A stretch of 64,000 bases of DNA from Sphyrna mokarran. Lineage: Eukaryota. The position numbers and the translations under genes were made by a program. Shown here in pieces: positions 63,631-64,000 of the stretch; within the stretch, counting starts at the first letter, position 1, and each line of letters begins with the position of its first letter. The notes under the pieces were generated by a model, which was not told the origin of the DNA, ran no database searches, and saw only the letters and a list, made by a program, of their open reading frames with translations. The stretch lies in assembly GCA_024679065.1 (NCBI GenBank), contig JAGIQG010000004.1, forward strand, positions 14,136,001 to 14,200,000, read 5' to 3'.

Positions 63631-64000
63631 GTTAATTGCACTGTCTCCTATTTGAATAACCCACGGTACTGAAATTGTGGAATTCCTCAGTCCTACAGTT
63701 TACATATGTTCAAGAACCAACCTTGGCATCGCTTGTCAATTACTTCCTCATTTGCCATGCCTGCCTTCCTATTCTTTGCAATGTTGGTGTAATTTCTCCT
63801 TCACTCTTTCAATTTGGTTTCTCCGTTTAAAACAAACAACGATCATAGAACACAGTCCTACAGTGCAAAAGGAGGCCATGTGGACCACTGAGTCTGCATT
63901 GACCACCCAAGGCCCTATCCCCACAAGCCGATGCATCTATCCTAGTTAGTTACCCTGACACTAAGGAGTAACTTATTGTGGCCAATCTACTTAACTGGCA

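Overview
Vertebrate genomic DNA, most likely a cartilaginous fish (shark), inferred from dense HE1/V-SINE-type SINEs together with CR1, Rex1/Babar, Penelope-like and Harbinger repeats. The only supportable protein-coding content is the last five coding exons of an IRF8-like interferon regulatory factor on the + strand (6263-6368, 8388-8441, 8565-8951, 12946-13064, 13227-13415). All have GT-AG boundaries and consistent phases. A probable long 3' UTR follows, then about 45 kb of repeat-rich intergenic DNA with no recognisable gene. Most notable observations: (1) an IRF3/5/6-type pLxIS motif (HLQIS) in the IRF8-like C-terminal tail; (2) several families of short fold-back elements centred on hammerhead-ribozyme-like cores; (3) a V-SINE variant with a non-tRNA, CpG-rich head that could form a pseudoknot; (4) a fossil Harbinger element plus many related MITEs; (5) several local templated-insertion scars. 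Exon, TSD and hairpin coordinates were counted by hand. Other repeat boundaries are approximate. Family names come from recalled consensus motifs, not from database searches.
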